From NCBI GenBank assembly GCA_036475545.1, contig JAZGAE010000036.1, positions 1 to 60,513 on the forward strand: 60,513 nt of DNA, given 5' to 3'. A program made the translations under genes and the position numbers. The number at the start of each line of letters is the position of its first letter. Positions within the stretch are counted from its first letter, which is position 1. Under the pieces are notes generated by a model. It was not told the origin of the DNA and searched no databases. It saw only the letters and a list, made by a program, of their open reading frames with translations. Positions 1 through 9,070 of this stretch are shown in pieces. This DNA is from Alphaproteobacteria bacterium (lineage in GTDB: Bacteria; Pseudomonadota; Alphaproteobacteria; DATDPM01).

Positions 1-1029
1 CTGCGCCCGGCCCTGGGCCTTGCGGTGGGTGCCGCCATGGCCGCGCTGCTGGCCCAAGGAGGCGAAGCGCAGGCGGCAAACGCCCCCATCAGCCTCGATT
101 TGCCCGTCGATTGCACGCCGGGAAGGACCTGCTGGATCTCTAAGTTCGTCGATCTGGACCCGGGTGAGGGGGTGCGGGACTACATGTGCAACGGGCGAGC
201 CAACGACGGGCACACCGGCGTCGATATCGCACTCCGCGATCGCAAGGCGATGGAAGAAGGCGTGCGGGTGCTTGCTGCCGCGCCAGGGGTGGTGAAAGGC
301 ACCCGTGACGGCATGCGGGACGTCAGCGTACGGAAGGACGGTCGCGAGTCGCTCAACGGCTTGGATTGCGGCAACGGCGTCGCCATCGCCCACGACGGGG
401 GTTGGGTGACACAGTATTGCCATATGCGCCGCGGCAGCATCCGGGTCAGGTCCGGCGAGCAGGTCGAAAGGGGCCAGGAGCTGGGGCTCGTGGGCATGTC
501 CGGAAATACCGAGTATCCCCACGTGCACGTTGCCGTGCGCCACAAGGGCAAGCTGTTCGATCCGTTCCTGGGCCTCGACGGTCGGCCTCCCGCAAGCGCA
601 GGGTGCGGGCCAGGCAAGGTGCCGCTGTGGACTGCGGCGGCGCTGGAGGCGCTCGCCTACACGCCCGTCGCCATTTACAACGTCGGCTTTTCGACCACCC
701 CGCCGAAGGCCGAGGACATGCGCAGCGGAAGGTTTCGCGGGACGGAACTGCCTGGCGACGCTCCGGCCATCCTGCTTTGGGCCGAAATCTTCGGCGTCGA
801 GGCGGGCGACGAGTTGCGCCTCCGCCTGGTCGCGCCGGACGGAACCGTGATCGTGGATCACAAGAAGACGCTGGAGAAGCGCAAGGCGCGCTGGTTCCAA
901 TACGCGGGTAGGAAGCGCCGCGGGGCCGCCTGGCCGGAAGGCACCTACCGCGCCGAGGTGTCGCTGGCACGCAACACAGGGGGCAAAACGGTACACGTTT
1001 CTGTCACCCGCGAGCTCGAGGTCCGGTGA
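1..1029 (+). CDS. M23 (LytM) family metallopeptidase; the 5' end is probably outside the window
   Basis: The frame of ORF 25..1029 stays open back to nt 1. The first residues (..LGLAVGAAMAALLAQGGEAQA) look like the tail of a signal peptide. HTGVDIA and GNTEYPHVHV motifs are typical of M23 zinc peptidases. Confidence 0.75.
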   Translation: MRPALGLAVGAAMAALLAQGGEAQAANAPISLDLPVDCTPGRTCWISKFVDLDPGEGVRDYMCNGRANDGHTGVDIALRDRKAMEEGVRVLAAAPGVVKGTRDGMRDVSVRKDGRESLNGLDCGNGVAIAHDGGWVTQYCHMRRGSIRVRSGEQVERGQELGLVGMSGNTEYPHVHVAVRHKGKLFDPFLGLDGRPPASAGCGPGKVPLWTAAALEALAYTPVAIYNVGFSTTPPKAEDMRSGRFRGTELPGDAPAILLWAEIFGVEAGDELRLRLVAPDGTVIVDHKKTLEKRKARWFQYAGRKRRGAAWPEGTYRAEVSLARNTGGKTVHVSVTRELEVR

Positions 1030-1036
1030 TTTGGCC

Positions 1037-1660
1037 ATGAGGCCGACGGCCGTCCGGATCCACCCGGACCGGCTCGGCAGGGCTGCCGCCCTGGCGGCGC
1101 TCTTCCTGGCGGCGGTTGCGGCGGGGCATCCGGCGGCGGCCGCCTACATCCTCTATCACCACACCTTCGGCGAGTGGTCCGTGGTGTGCTGGCAGGGCAT
1201 GGCCGTGCCCGAGAGCTCCTGTTTCATCGACGCTCCCGCCATCGCCCTCGAGGAGGCGGGGCGCATGAGCGCCATCCGCATCACGGGCCCGGGCCCGGGC
1301 GGGTACACCTTGACCGTCTCTTCGCGCAGCGGAACCGCGCTGGGCACGCGCGTGATCCTGAGCGTCGACAACAACCCGGCCTACGAGCGGGGGCCGGACC
1401 ATCTCGACCGGGTCACCTGGACGGGGCCGGAGGCGGTCGCCATCATCGAGGAACTCGAGCGCGGGCGCGCGCTCGCCTTGCGGTTCCTGGGGGCGCCGGC
1501 GGCGGCACGCGAGCTCTCGATCTCGCTTGAGGAGTTCGGGGCGGCCTTCGAGGCCTTCCGGGACGGCTTGGCACGACTCGGCGAGCGGGGCGGTGGGGTC
1601 TCGGGCGGGTCGCCGGCACGCGGGCCCGCGGGAACCTCCGCCGACCGGCTCGGCAAATAA
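1037..1660 (+). CDS. hypothetical exported protein
   Basis: ORF 1031..1660. The hydrophobic N-terminus LGRAAALAALFLAAVAAGHPAAAA suggests a signal peptide. No family recognised, only a weak IalB-like flavour. ATG 1037 is preferred over TTG 1031. Confidence 0.45.
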   Translation: MRPTAVRIHPDRLGRAAALAALFLAAVAAGHPAAAAYILYHHTFGEWSVVCWQGMAVPESSCFIDAPAIALEEAGRMSAIRITGPGPGGYTLTVSSRSGTALGTRVILSVDNNPAYERGPDHLDRVTWTGPEAVAIIEELERGRALALRFLGAPAAARELSISLEEFGAAFEAFRDGLARLGERGGGVSGGSPARGPAGTSADRLGK

Positions 1661-1739
1661 TGACTTCGCCAGCCCTCTCGGCTAATCTCGCCAATCCGGG
1701 CCCCGCTCCTTCCCGCCCCACTTAGGCTGCCCGAAGGCC

Positions 1740-2318
1740 ATGGATCTCGACGCTTTCTTCGACGCCGAGTTTAGCGAGCACGAAGACGTGACGCGCGCCA
1801 CGCGGGCCAAGCTGCGCGAGCCCTTCGCCCGGCTGGTCGCCGTTTGCGCGGAGGCGATCCGCTCCGGGAACAAGATCGTCTTCTTCGGCAACGGCGGCAG
1901 CGCCGCCGATGCCCAGCACCTCGCTGCCGAGCTTACGGTGCGCTATAGCCGGGACAGGGTGCCCATCGCGGGCCTGGCGTTGACCACCGACACCTCGACG
2001 CTTACCGCCATCGGCAACGACCTCGGCTTCGATCATGTTTTCGCCCGCCAGGTCCGGGCGCTATGCCGGCGCGGCGACGTGGCCATCGCCATCAGCACCT
2101 CGGGGCGCAGCCGCAACGTGGTCCTCGGGCTCGAGGCGGCGCGCGAGATGGGTGCCACGGCGGCGGCCTTGAGCGGCGGCGAGGGGGGCGATCTCGTCGC
2201 GCTCGCGGACCCGCTGCTCGTGGTCCCCTCGGCGGTCACGGCGCGCATCCAAGAGATGCACATCACCTTGGGCCAGATGCTCTGCGGCGCCCTGGAGCAA
2301 GAGCTCAAGCTCGTTTGA
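1740..2318 (+). CDS. gmhA: D-sedoheptulose-7-phosphate isomerase (SIS domain)
   Basis: 192-aa ORF with FFGNGGSAADAQHLAAEL and AISTSGRS motifs characteristic of GmhA. It lies next to hldE. Confidence 0.85.
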   Translation: MDLDAFFDAEFSEHEDVTRATRAKLREPFARLVAVCAEAIRSGNKIVFFGNGGSAADAQHLAAELTVRYSRDRVPIAGLALTTDTSTLTAIGNDLGFDHVFARQVRALCRRGDVAIAISTSGRSRNVVLGLEAAREMGATAAALSGGEGGDLVALADPLLVVPSAVTARIQEMHITLGQMLCGALEQELKLV

Positions 2319-2463
2319 GGCTCGCGCGAGCCCGGCGCTATCGCCATTTCCTCATTTTGCGTTAGTCTGACGCCGCGGAAACGGGCGCCGGGATGAAAGC
2401 GATCGCCGCCCGGGCGGGTCGCCTCCGTGCCGGTGTCCCGAGGCAGCTGTGAAGGCCGCAGCC

Positions 2464-3927
2464 ATGACCGGAAAGTCAGACCTTGCCGCCCATGTCGAGG
2501 CGTTGAGCGCCGCCCGGGTGCTGTGCGTCGGCGACGTAATGCTCGACCGTTACGTCTATGGCGAGGTCGAGCGCATCTCGCCCGAGGCGCCGATCCCGGT
2601 GTTCCGCATCGACAACGAGGCCTCGATGCTGGGCGGAGCCGGCAACGTGGCGCGGAACCTGGTGGCGCTGGGAGCAAAGGTCACCATCGTTGCCGTAACC
2701 GGCGACGACGAGGCAGGGACGGAGGTCGCCGCCTTGCTCCAGGCCGAAGACAGGGTCGCCCCGGACCTGGTGGTGGAGGAAGGGCGGCGGACCACCATCA
2801 AGACGCGCTTCGTGGCCGCGCACCAACAGGTGCTCCGCGCCGACAGCGAGTCCGACGGGCCGCTGGCCGAGCCGCTCGCCGCGGAGATCGTCCGCCGGGC
2901 GCGCGAGGCGCTCTCCGACTGCGCGGTCGTGGTGTTGTCCGACTACGGAAAGGGCGTCCTTGGCCCGGACACCATTCAGGGCGTCATCGAGGCGGCCCGC
3001 GCGAAGGCGCGGCCCGTCATCGTCGATCCCAAGGGCACGGACTACGCCCGCTACCGCGGGGCGAGCCTGATTACCCCCAACCGGCGCGAACTCGCGGAGG
3101 CCACGCGGGTGCCGACCGAAGAGGACGAGGCGATCACCGCTGCCGCCCACGGCCTCATGGAGGCTTGCGGCGTCGAAGGAGTGCTGGTGACCCGGAGCGA
3201 GCGGGGCATGACCCTGGTGACGGCCGAGGGCGGAGTCCGCCACTTCCCGGCGGAGGCCCGCGAGGTGTTCGACGTCTCGGGGGCCGGAGACACGGTGGTG
3301 GCGACGCTGGCCGCCGCCCGTGCCGCGGGGACGACGTGGGAGGACGCGGCGCGGCTTGCGAACGTGGCCGCCGGCATCGTCGTGGGCAAGACGGGCACCG
3401 CGGTGGCCCGGGCCGGCGAGCTCTTGACCGCGCTCCGTACCCAGGACCTGCTCACCGGCGAGGAAAAGGTCCTCCCCGCCGCGGAGGCCCTCGAGCGGGT
3501 CGATGGCTGGCGCCGAAAGGGCCTCAGGATAGGCTTCACCAACGGCTGCTTCGACTTGCTCCATCCCGGACATGTGTCGCTGTTTTCCCAGGCCAAGGCC
3601 GCCTGCGACAGGCTGGTGGTGGGGCTCAACAGCGACGCCTCGGTGCGGAGGCTGAAGGGCGAGGGCCGCCCGGTCCAGTCGGAGGCGGCGCGGGCCCAGA
3701 TCCTGGCCTCGCTCGCCACCGTCGACTTGGTGGTGGTGTTCGCCGAGGACACGCCGATCAAGCTCATCGAGGCGATCCGCCCGGAGGTGCTGGTCAAGGG
3801 CAAGGACTACCGGCCCGACGAGGTGGTCGGGGCCGACGTGGTGCGGCGCCACGGCGGCAAGGTCCTGCTCGCCGAGCTGATGCCGGGGCACAGCACCACG
3901 GCGACCATCGCCCGGCTGGCGAAGTAA
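2464..3927 (+). CDS. hldE: bifunctional D-beta-D-heptose-7-phosphate kinase / D-beta-D-heptose-1-phosphate adenylyltransferase
   Basis: ORF 2449..3927. The N-terminal half is ribokinase-like (DVSGAGDT). The C-terminal half is cytidylyltransferase-like ([13 protein letters not shown]). ATG 2464 is chosen as start; GTG 2449 is possible. Confidence 0.9.
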   Translation: MTGKSDLAAHVEALSAARVLCVGDVMLDRYVYGEVERISPEAPIPVFRIDNEASMLGGAGNVARNLVALGAKVTIVAVTGDDEAGTEVAALLQAEDRVAPDLVVEEGRRTTIKTRFVAAHQQVLRADSESDGPLAEPLAAEIVRRAREALSDCAVVVLSDYGKGVLGPDTIQGVIEAARAKARPVIVDPKGTDYARYRGASLITPNRRELAEATRVPTEEDEAITAAAHGLMEACGVEGVLVTRSERGMTLVTAEGGVRHFPAEAREVFDVSGAGDTVVATLAAARAAGTTWEDAARLANVAAGIVVGKTGTAVARAGELLTALRTQDLLTGEEKVLPAAEALERVDGWRRKGLRIGFTNGCFDLLHPGHVSLFSQAKAACDRLVVGLNSDASVRRLKGEGRPVQSEAARAQILASLATVDLVVVFAEDTPIKLIEAIRPEVLVKGKDYRPDEVVGADVVRRHGGKVLLAELMPGHSTTATIARLAK

Positions 3928-4028
3928 ACGGCGGCGTTTGGCCGGCGCGGGCGGGTGCGCGGACCATCGCGCCCGTGGGCGTTCCTGCTTCGGGGCGGCC
4001 CGCGTTCCCCTGAGGGACACGCTCCGGG

Positions 4029-5138
4029 CTATCGGGGGTCGGGTCCTGCTCGATCCCGGTAGTCCTCGGCGGGCACGGCGACGGCGGCCTCCCCGCCGAG
4101 CCTCAAGCCCGGAAGGGCGGCCCAGCCCAGGGCCAGGCCCCAGACGATCCAGACGATCTCGCGGATTCGGCGCACCAGGGCCACCGTCAGGCCCAGGGTC
4201 GGCGAGCCCGTCACCGCGGCGCAGACCACCATGAAGCCTCCTTCCTGCGCGCCGATCCGGCCGGGGATGAAGAAGGCGCCGGCCCGCACCAACTCGGCCA
4301 CGGTCTCGATGACCAAAGCCTCCCCGAAGGTCACCGGGTGGCCGAGCAGCGCCATCGCGACGTAAAGCTCGAGCACGCTCACGAACCAGCTGGCGAGCGC
4401 CAACAGGAACGCCCCGGCGAAGCGGCGGCGGTCGCCCGTGTAGAACCGAACCAGACGCCCGTCGAAATCCTGGACGTGGTGCAGGGCGCCTTCGAGCCGC
4501 TGCGCCAATCGTCCGCGCAGCAGCCGCCGCAGCGTCTGCGTCGTGATCCGGCGATGCTGCACCAAATAGAACAGCAGGATGCCGAGGCTGATGGCGAAAA
4601 GGCCGGCGCCCGCCGCCAGCTTGAAGGAGTGAGGGAGCGTCGCGAAGCCCATCATGACGAAGAAACCGCCGCTCAAGAAAACGACCAGCGCCAACAGAAT
4701 GGTGGTCTTGGTGAGCACCAGGGACGCCGCCCCTTCGCGGTACGGGACGCCGTAGAGCTTCTTGAGCAGGACGGCCTTGACCGGCTCGCCCCCCATGGTG
4801 GCGAGAGGGGTGATGCTGTTGAACGCCTCGCCCACCATGCGCAGCTTCCAGAGCCTGTAGAACCAGGGTCCGTCCCCAGGCGGGCGGGTGAGCGTCATCC
4901 GCCACGCCCCGACGTCGAAGAGAAAAGCCACGAAGTAGATGAGGAAGATGAGCGCGAACCCCCATCCCACCTGCCGGATACGGCCCCACGCCTCGGCGAG
5001 GTCGGTCTCGTAGAGCACCAGCCCCAGCAGGCCGAGCCCCAAAACCAGATAGCCGATCTTGGCGAAACGCACGGCGCGCCCTTGTTTTGCCTGGATGTCC
5101 CTGGGTGGCCTAGACGTGATGGTCCTGGGCGCCTTCAA
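4029..5138 (-). CDS. flippase-like multi-pass membrane protein (UPF0104 / lysylphosphatidylglycerol-synthase TM-region family)
   Basis: 369-aa ORF with many hydrophobic helices. Its organisation resembles TIGR00374-type proteins. The start is uncertain: TTG 5138 or GTG 5072. Confidence 0.6.
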   Translation of the reverse strand: MKAPRTITSRPPRDIQAKQGRAVRFAKIGYLVLGLGLLGLVLYETDLAEAWGRIRQVGWGFALIFLIYFVAFLFDVGAWRMTLTRPPGDGPWFYRLWKLRMVGEAFNSITPLATMGGEPVKAVLLKKLYGVPYREGAASLVLTKTTILLALVVFLSGGFFVMMGFATLPHSFKLAAGAGLFAISLGILLFYLVQHRRITTQTLRRLLRGRLAQRLEGALHHVQDFDGRLVRFYTGDRRRFAGAFLLALASWFVSVLELYVAMALLGHPVTFGEALVIETVAELVRAGAFFIPGRIGAQEGGFMVVCAAVTGSPTLGLTVALVRRIREIVWIVWGLALGWAALPGLRLGGEAAVAVPAEDYRDRAGPDPR

Positions 5139-5198
5139 GCAGCGCCGAGGCCCAGTAGGCGTGCGCCCCGACGGCGCCGACGACGAGCAGCAGCCACG

Positions 5199-5825
5199 TT
5201 ACGTCGAAAAGGGCGACCAATACCACGATGAAACAGAAGTCAGCCCTGGCAAGCTCCCGGAAGGCGAAGAGGAGGGCGTCCCTGGTGGACGCCGATGGGG
5301 GCGCGGGCGAGCGCGGGGCTCATCGGCGGGTCGCGAGCTCGCTCTCCGGCGTGAGCGCGCCTTGATCGTAAGCACCACGAGGTAGTTGATGGTGCCGCCG
5401 AGGGCCGCGATTCCGCCGAGCCATATCCAGAATTCGTCACCCGTTTGTCGCGTGACGCCGAGCCCGATGCCCATGAAGAAGGCGGAATGGATGAGCCAGT
5501 CTGCGAAGGAATCGAGCTCTTCCCCGAAGTTGCTCGTGGCCCGATGCAACCGGGCGAGCTCTCCGTCGCAATTGTCCAGGACGTAAGATATGACCAACAG
5601 GGCGGAAGCTCCCACCGCCGCCATGTATGTCCCTTGTGCGAAAAGTCCGGCTGCCGCCAGCCCCACGACCAGGGAGGCGGACGTTACTTGGTTGGGAGTG
5701 GCGAGCGTCTTCGCCAGGTACGGCGTCAGGCGCCACGAGATGTGGCGAGTCAAAGGGAACAGCCGCCGCGGCGCATTGGCGGCCGCCGCGGCGCTCTCGT
5801 GCGAAGACGGATTCGTTCCGGACAC
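5199..5825 (-). CDS. CDP-alcohol phosphatidyltransferase family protein, probably frameshifted near 5297-5301; the intact reading would end at 5110
   Basis: Full D-x2-DG-x2-AR-x8-G-x3-D-x3-D motif (DNCDGELARLHRATSNFGEELDSFAD). The last ~55 aa of the listed ORF are Pro/Arg/Ser-rich and not membrane-like. A neighbouring frame encodes a hydrophobic C-terminus (see finding). Confidence 0.75.
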   Translation of the reverse strand: MSGTNPSSHESAAAAANAPRRLFPLTRHISWRLTPYLAKTLATPNQVTSASLVVGLAAAGLFAQGTYMAAVGASALLVISYVLDNCDGELARLHRATSNFGEELDSFADWLIHSAFFMGIGLGVTRQTGDEFWIWLGGIAALGGTINYLVVLTIKARSRRRASSRPADEPRARPRPHRRPPGTPSSSPSGSLPGLTSVSSWYWSPFST

Positions 5826-5849
5826 AGCCGATCCTGCCTTACCCGCGAG

Positions 5850-5883
5850 GGCGGCGGGGCGGTGTGGTGAACGCCCCGCCGCC
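5850..5883. other. perfect 12-bp GC hairpin (GGCGGCGGGGCG / CGCCCCGCCGCC) with a 10-nt loop
   Basis: Read directly from the sequence. It lies in the divergent intergenic region, about 25 nt upstream of the GTG start of the CDP-alcohol phosphatidyltransferase gene. On the plus strand it is followed by GGCTATTTTG. Confidence 0.7.
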
Positions 5884-6059
5884 GGCTATTTTGCGCGAAA
5901 GGCGGGCGCCGGCCAAGGGCCGACGGGAGAGGCGGGAAATCTCCTTGAGACCGGGCGGCTCTGGGTCATTAATATCAGGCCGGGGTCATGGCATCGACCG
6001 CAAGCGGCGACCGTGGCCGGCCAAGGGGGCGCAGGCGGACCTGTGTGCGAGGGAAGGTG

Positions 6060-7151
6060 ATGAAGCGGGCTGGAACCGTCGGACTGATCGCCGCCTCGTT
6101 GGCGGCGGCCATGGCGCTCTCGAGCTGCACGTCGTTCGGGGCGCAGGCGTTGCAGGCGAACCGGAAGCCCTACAACGTCGCGATCCAGAGCACCAATGAC
6201 GAGCAGATGCTGCTCAACCTGGCGCGGCTCAGGTACCGGGACACGCCCTTCTTCCTGCAGGTCACCAGCGTCGCCACCCAGTTCGTGTTCAATCCCTCGG
6301 CGGAGGTGAGCGGAGATCTCGCCGAAAGCGGCCCCGGCAAGCTCGGGCTCAAGGCAGGCGTCGCGTACGAGGAGAACCCGACCATCACCTACTCGCCGCT
6401 CCAGGGCAACGAGTTCGTCGAACGGCTGCTCTCGCCCATCCCCGTCGAGACCGTCCTCTTGCTCTTCCACACCGGCTGGAGCATCGAGCGGATCCTGCGG
6501 GTCTGCGTACAGCGGCTGAACAACGTCAAGAACGCCCCCAGCGCCTCGGGCCCGACGCCGACCTACGTTCCGGAATACGAGGACTTCGCGAAGGTCGCCA
6601 AGGCCTTCAGGCTGCTTCAGAGGCGCGACGCGCTGATCATTGGCTACGAACAGCGGGACGGCGCGCGCGTGCTCGTCATGCGCATCCGGGGCGATGCCGT
6701 CACGTGGCCGGAGACCCGCCTCATCGCCCGGAAGCTCGGGCTCTTGGAAGGGAGGGACCGCTACACCGTCGTTCCCCACCGCGTGACGGAAGGCGAAGAC
6801 CGGATCGGCATGGAGACGCGGTCGATCATGGGCGTGCTCTCCTACCTCTCCCAGGGCGTCGAGGTGCCTGCGGCCGACGAGGAGCGCGGGGTCGTCACCG
6901 TGACCCGGTACGAAGACGGCCGGGCGTTCGACTGGGCAAACGTGACGGGGAACCTGTTGCGGGTCCGGTCCCAGGCCACGCGGCCGGCGCAGGCGGCCGT
7001 CACGGTCAACTACCGGGGCCACTGGTTCTACATCGACGACGCGGACCTGCAGTCGAAGTCGACCTTCGCGCTGCTGGCGCAGCTCTTCGCCCTGCAGGCC
7101 GGCAAGATCGAAAGGATCCAGCCCTTGTTCACCCTGCCGCTCGGCCGGTAG
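6060..7151 (+). CDS. hypothetical lipoprotein
   Basis: ORF 5988..7151. Internal ATG 6060 gives MKRAGTVGLIAASLAAAMALSSC, which has a lipobox (LSSC). The rest matches no family I recognise. Confidence 0.6.
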   Translation: MKRAGTVGLIAASLAAAMALSSCTSFGAQALQANRKPYNVAIQSTNDEQMLLNLARLRYRDTPFFLQVTSVATQFVFNPSAEVSGDLAESGPGKLGLKAGVAYEENPTITYSPLQGNEFVERLLSPIPVETVLLLFHTGWSIERILRVCVQRLNNVKNAPSASGPTPTYVPEYEDFAKVAKAFRLLQRRDALIIGYEQRDGARVLVMRIRGDAVTWPETRLIARKLGLLEGRDRYTVVPHRVTEGEDRIGMETRSIMGVLSYLSQGVEVPAADEERGVVTVTRYEDGRAFDWANVTGNLLRVRSQATRPAQAAVTVNYRGHWFYIDDADLQSKSTFALLAQLFALQAGKIERIQPLFTLPLGR

Positions 7152-7205
7152 CCTGCGAGGCCGGCTTGCGGGAGGGATCGGAGTTCGGCCAATCGGGGGT
7201 CATCC

Positions 7206-7580
7206 ATGCGCACCTTGAAGCTCACCATCGGGCCGGTGGAGCTCACCGCCGAGCTCTTCGAGACGCCCACCGCGGACGCGATCTACGAGAGCCTGCCGTT
7301 TGACTCGACGGCCCAGACCTGGGGCGAGGAAGTCTACTTCGCGGTCCCCGTGGAGGCCGACAGGGAGGCGGACGCGAAGGCCGTGGTCGAGGCCGGCGAG
7401 CTCGCCTTCTGGGTCGAGGGGCGCTGCATCGCCATCGGCTTCGGGCGCACGCCCATTTCGCGCGGCGACGAGATCCGGCTCGCCGCCGCCACCAACATCT
7501 GGGGCCGCGCCCGCGAGGACGTAAAGGCGCTCGCCCAGGTGGAGGACGGCGATCCGGTCAGCGCCGAGCGGATCGAATGA
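7206..7580 (+). CDS. cyclophilin-like fold protein (PF04126-like)
   Basis: 124-aa ORF. The pattern ..[42 protein letters not shown] resembles the small cyclophilin-like family. Confidence 0.55.
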   Translation: MRTLKLTIGPVELTAELFETPTADAIYESLPFDSTAQTWGEEVYFAVPVEADREADAKAVVEAGELAFWVEGRCIAIGFGRTPISRGDEIRLAAATNIWGRAREDVKALAQVEDGDPVSAERIE

Positions 7581-7605
7581 GTGGTCCGTCTGAGGCAGGC
7601 CTGCG

Positions 7606-7914
7606 ATGACCGGGCCGTATCTGACGCGGGCCAGGTTCCGCCTCCCGGTCGATCGCGCGGCGGTGGCGGACGACTGGGGCGGGCGCGGCTACTCCTGCGA
7701 CCTGTTCACGGACCCGCCGGGCCGCGAGTGGCGCGATTTCGTCCACTCCACCAACGAGCTGGTCACCGTGGTAGACGGCGCACTCGGGATGACCGTCGCC
7801 GGCGAGAGCTTCACGGCCGGTCCCGGCGACGAGGTGTTCATCCCCAAGGGCGCGGTGCACTCGGTCAAGAACGTGCACGACGCCGAGAGCCGCTGGCTCT
7901 ACGGCTACGACTGA
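7606..7914 (+). CDS. cupin domain protein
   Basis: 102-aa ORF with GDEVFIPKGAVHSVKN, a cupin motif-2-like segment. It lies 25 nt after the preceding gene. Confidence 0.55.
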   Translation: MTGPYLTRARFRLPVDRAAVADDWGGRGYSCDLFTDPPGREWRDFVHSTNELVTVVDGALGMTVAGESFTAGPGDEVFIPKGAVHSVKNVHDAESRWLYGYD

Positions 7915-8024
7915 GGGGCTTGAGGCGGCGCGGGCCTGAGCGCCGCACCGCCGCCGGTGCGGCTCGGCAAGCTCAAGCCGAAGGAGTCCCGGCGGCGAGG
8001 TCGAGAGTGGACCCGGCGAGGAAA

Positions 8025-8101
8025 TGGCGCGCCCGGCGAGATTCGAACTCACGACCTCTGGCTCCGGAGGCCAGCGCTCTATCCAACTGAGCTACGGGCG
8101 C
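8025..8101 (-). tRNA. tRNA-Arg (anticodon CCG)
   Basis: The reverse complement folds by eye into a cloverleaf: acceptor GCGCCCG/CGGGCGC, anticodon stem CTGGC/GCCAG with loop CTCCGGA, T-loop TTCGAAT, encoded CCA. Confidence 0.9.
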
Positions 8102-8247
8102 TGAACGTCTATGCATCTATATGGGGATCGAGACACCCCCGCGCCGGAGAGGCACGTTACTGCAAGGCCCGGCCCCATGCAAACTCCCGGCGAACGGGCG
8201 ACTCGAGCACCCGGCGCGGGGCCGAAGCCTGCCGCGCGTCCCAAGCT

Positions 8248-8281
8248 CCACGCCCGCGCCAAGCCCACGCCCGCGCCAAGC
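8248..8281. repeat. 17-bp tandem direct repeat x2 (CCACGCCCGCGCCAAGC), plus a degenerate partial third copy
   Basis: Read directly. It is intergenic, between tRNA-Arg and the next minus-strand gene. Confidence 0.8.
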
Positions 8282-8330
8282 CCGCGCCCGCCAGGGGATC
8301 CCTGAACCCGACGTCACCGGTAGTTCTGGT

Positions 8331-8909
8331 CTACTGCTCGTTGACGGCCGTCCAGCCCTCGGATTCGAAATAGAGCTGCACGAACCCCGTCCCGGGGTCC
8401 ATGCCCTCGATGCTCAAGAGGATGCCGCCCGCGGGCTCCTGCTCCCAGATGGCGCTCCACACCCCGCAGCCCTCGTAGGCGAGGCACTGGTAAAACTCGT
8501 CGTCCTGGTCGAACAGCCGGGCGCCGATGACCAGGGCCTCGTCGGTCGGCTCCCCGTAGTTCTCCACGATGAACCTGCGGGTCTCGGTATATTTTCTTCG
8601 GCCCCGCTCGCCGCTCGTGTCGGCCTCGATCTTGTTGCTCGTCCAGCGGACGTTGACGAGGCCCAGCTCGTCGTCGAACCACAGGGTCACGAGATAGGTG
8701 TCGTCCAGCGCTTCCGGCGTCTCCGTGACGGTGACGACGGCCAGGTTCCCGCTCTTGGTGGTGGACTGGATCGCGATGTCGAGGGCGGTGAGGTCGCCCA
8801 CCTGCATTCCCCACTCGAGCCCGAACGGGGCCTCGGTGGCCTCCGCCCAAGAGGGCGCGGCGAGGACCACCGCGATGAAGAAACTGGGTGCGATCAGGAG
8901 CGCGCGCAT
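8331..8909 (-). CDS. hypothetical exported protein
   Basis: ORF 8331..8927. ATG 8909 gives MRALLIAPSFFIAVVLAAPSWA, which is signal-peptide-like. No family recognised. Confidence 0.5.
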   Translation of the reverse strand: MRALLIAPSFFIAVVLAAPSWAEATEAPFGLEWGMQVGDLTALDIAIQSTTKSGNLAVVTVTETPEALDDTYLVTLWFDDELGLVNVRWTSNKIEADTSGERGRRKYTETRRFIVENYGEPTDEALVIGARLFDQDDEFYQCLAYEGCGVWSAIWEQEPAGGILLSIEGMDPGTGFVQLYFESEGWTAVNEQ

Positions 8910-9070
8910 TGGGTTATCCGAAGCCATGTGCCGCCGCCGTCAGCCGGCACGCGCATTCTGGCATTTTGAATTCGTGGCCGCAACCATCGCCCCTCGGCCC
9001 GGCCGCGGGTCCCCGCCCCCCGGCGGCGGCGCGGAGTCGCCCTGGCGAGAGCGGCCGAGCGGCCCCCGTT

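Noticed and set aside
1037-1660. Calling the 209-aa exported protein an IalB (invasion-associated locus B) homologue.
   Set aside because: Only a vague W..C..C resemblance near the N-terminus. The second conserved Cys pair and the overall pattern are not evident, so it is left as hypothetical.
2476-4989. Very long alternative-frame and antisense ORFs: 2476..4989 minus, 2427..4013 plus, 29708..31285 minus, 35446..37692 minus, 28208..29347 minus and others.
   Set aside because: They overlap well-supported conserved genes. They encode Arg/Gly/Pro/Ala-rich low-complexity sequence, which is typical of spurious open frames in very GC-rich DNA where stop codons are rare.
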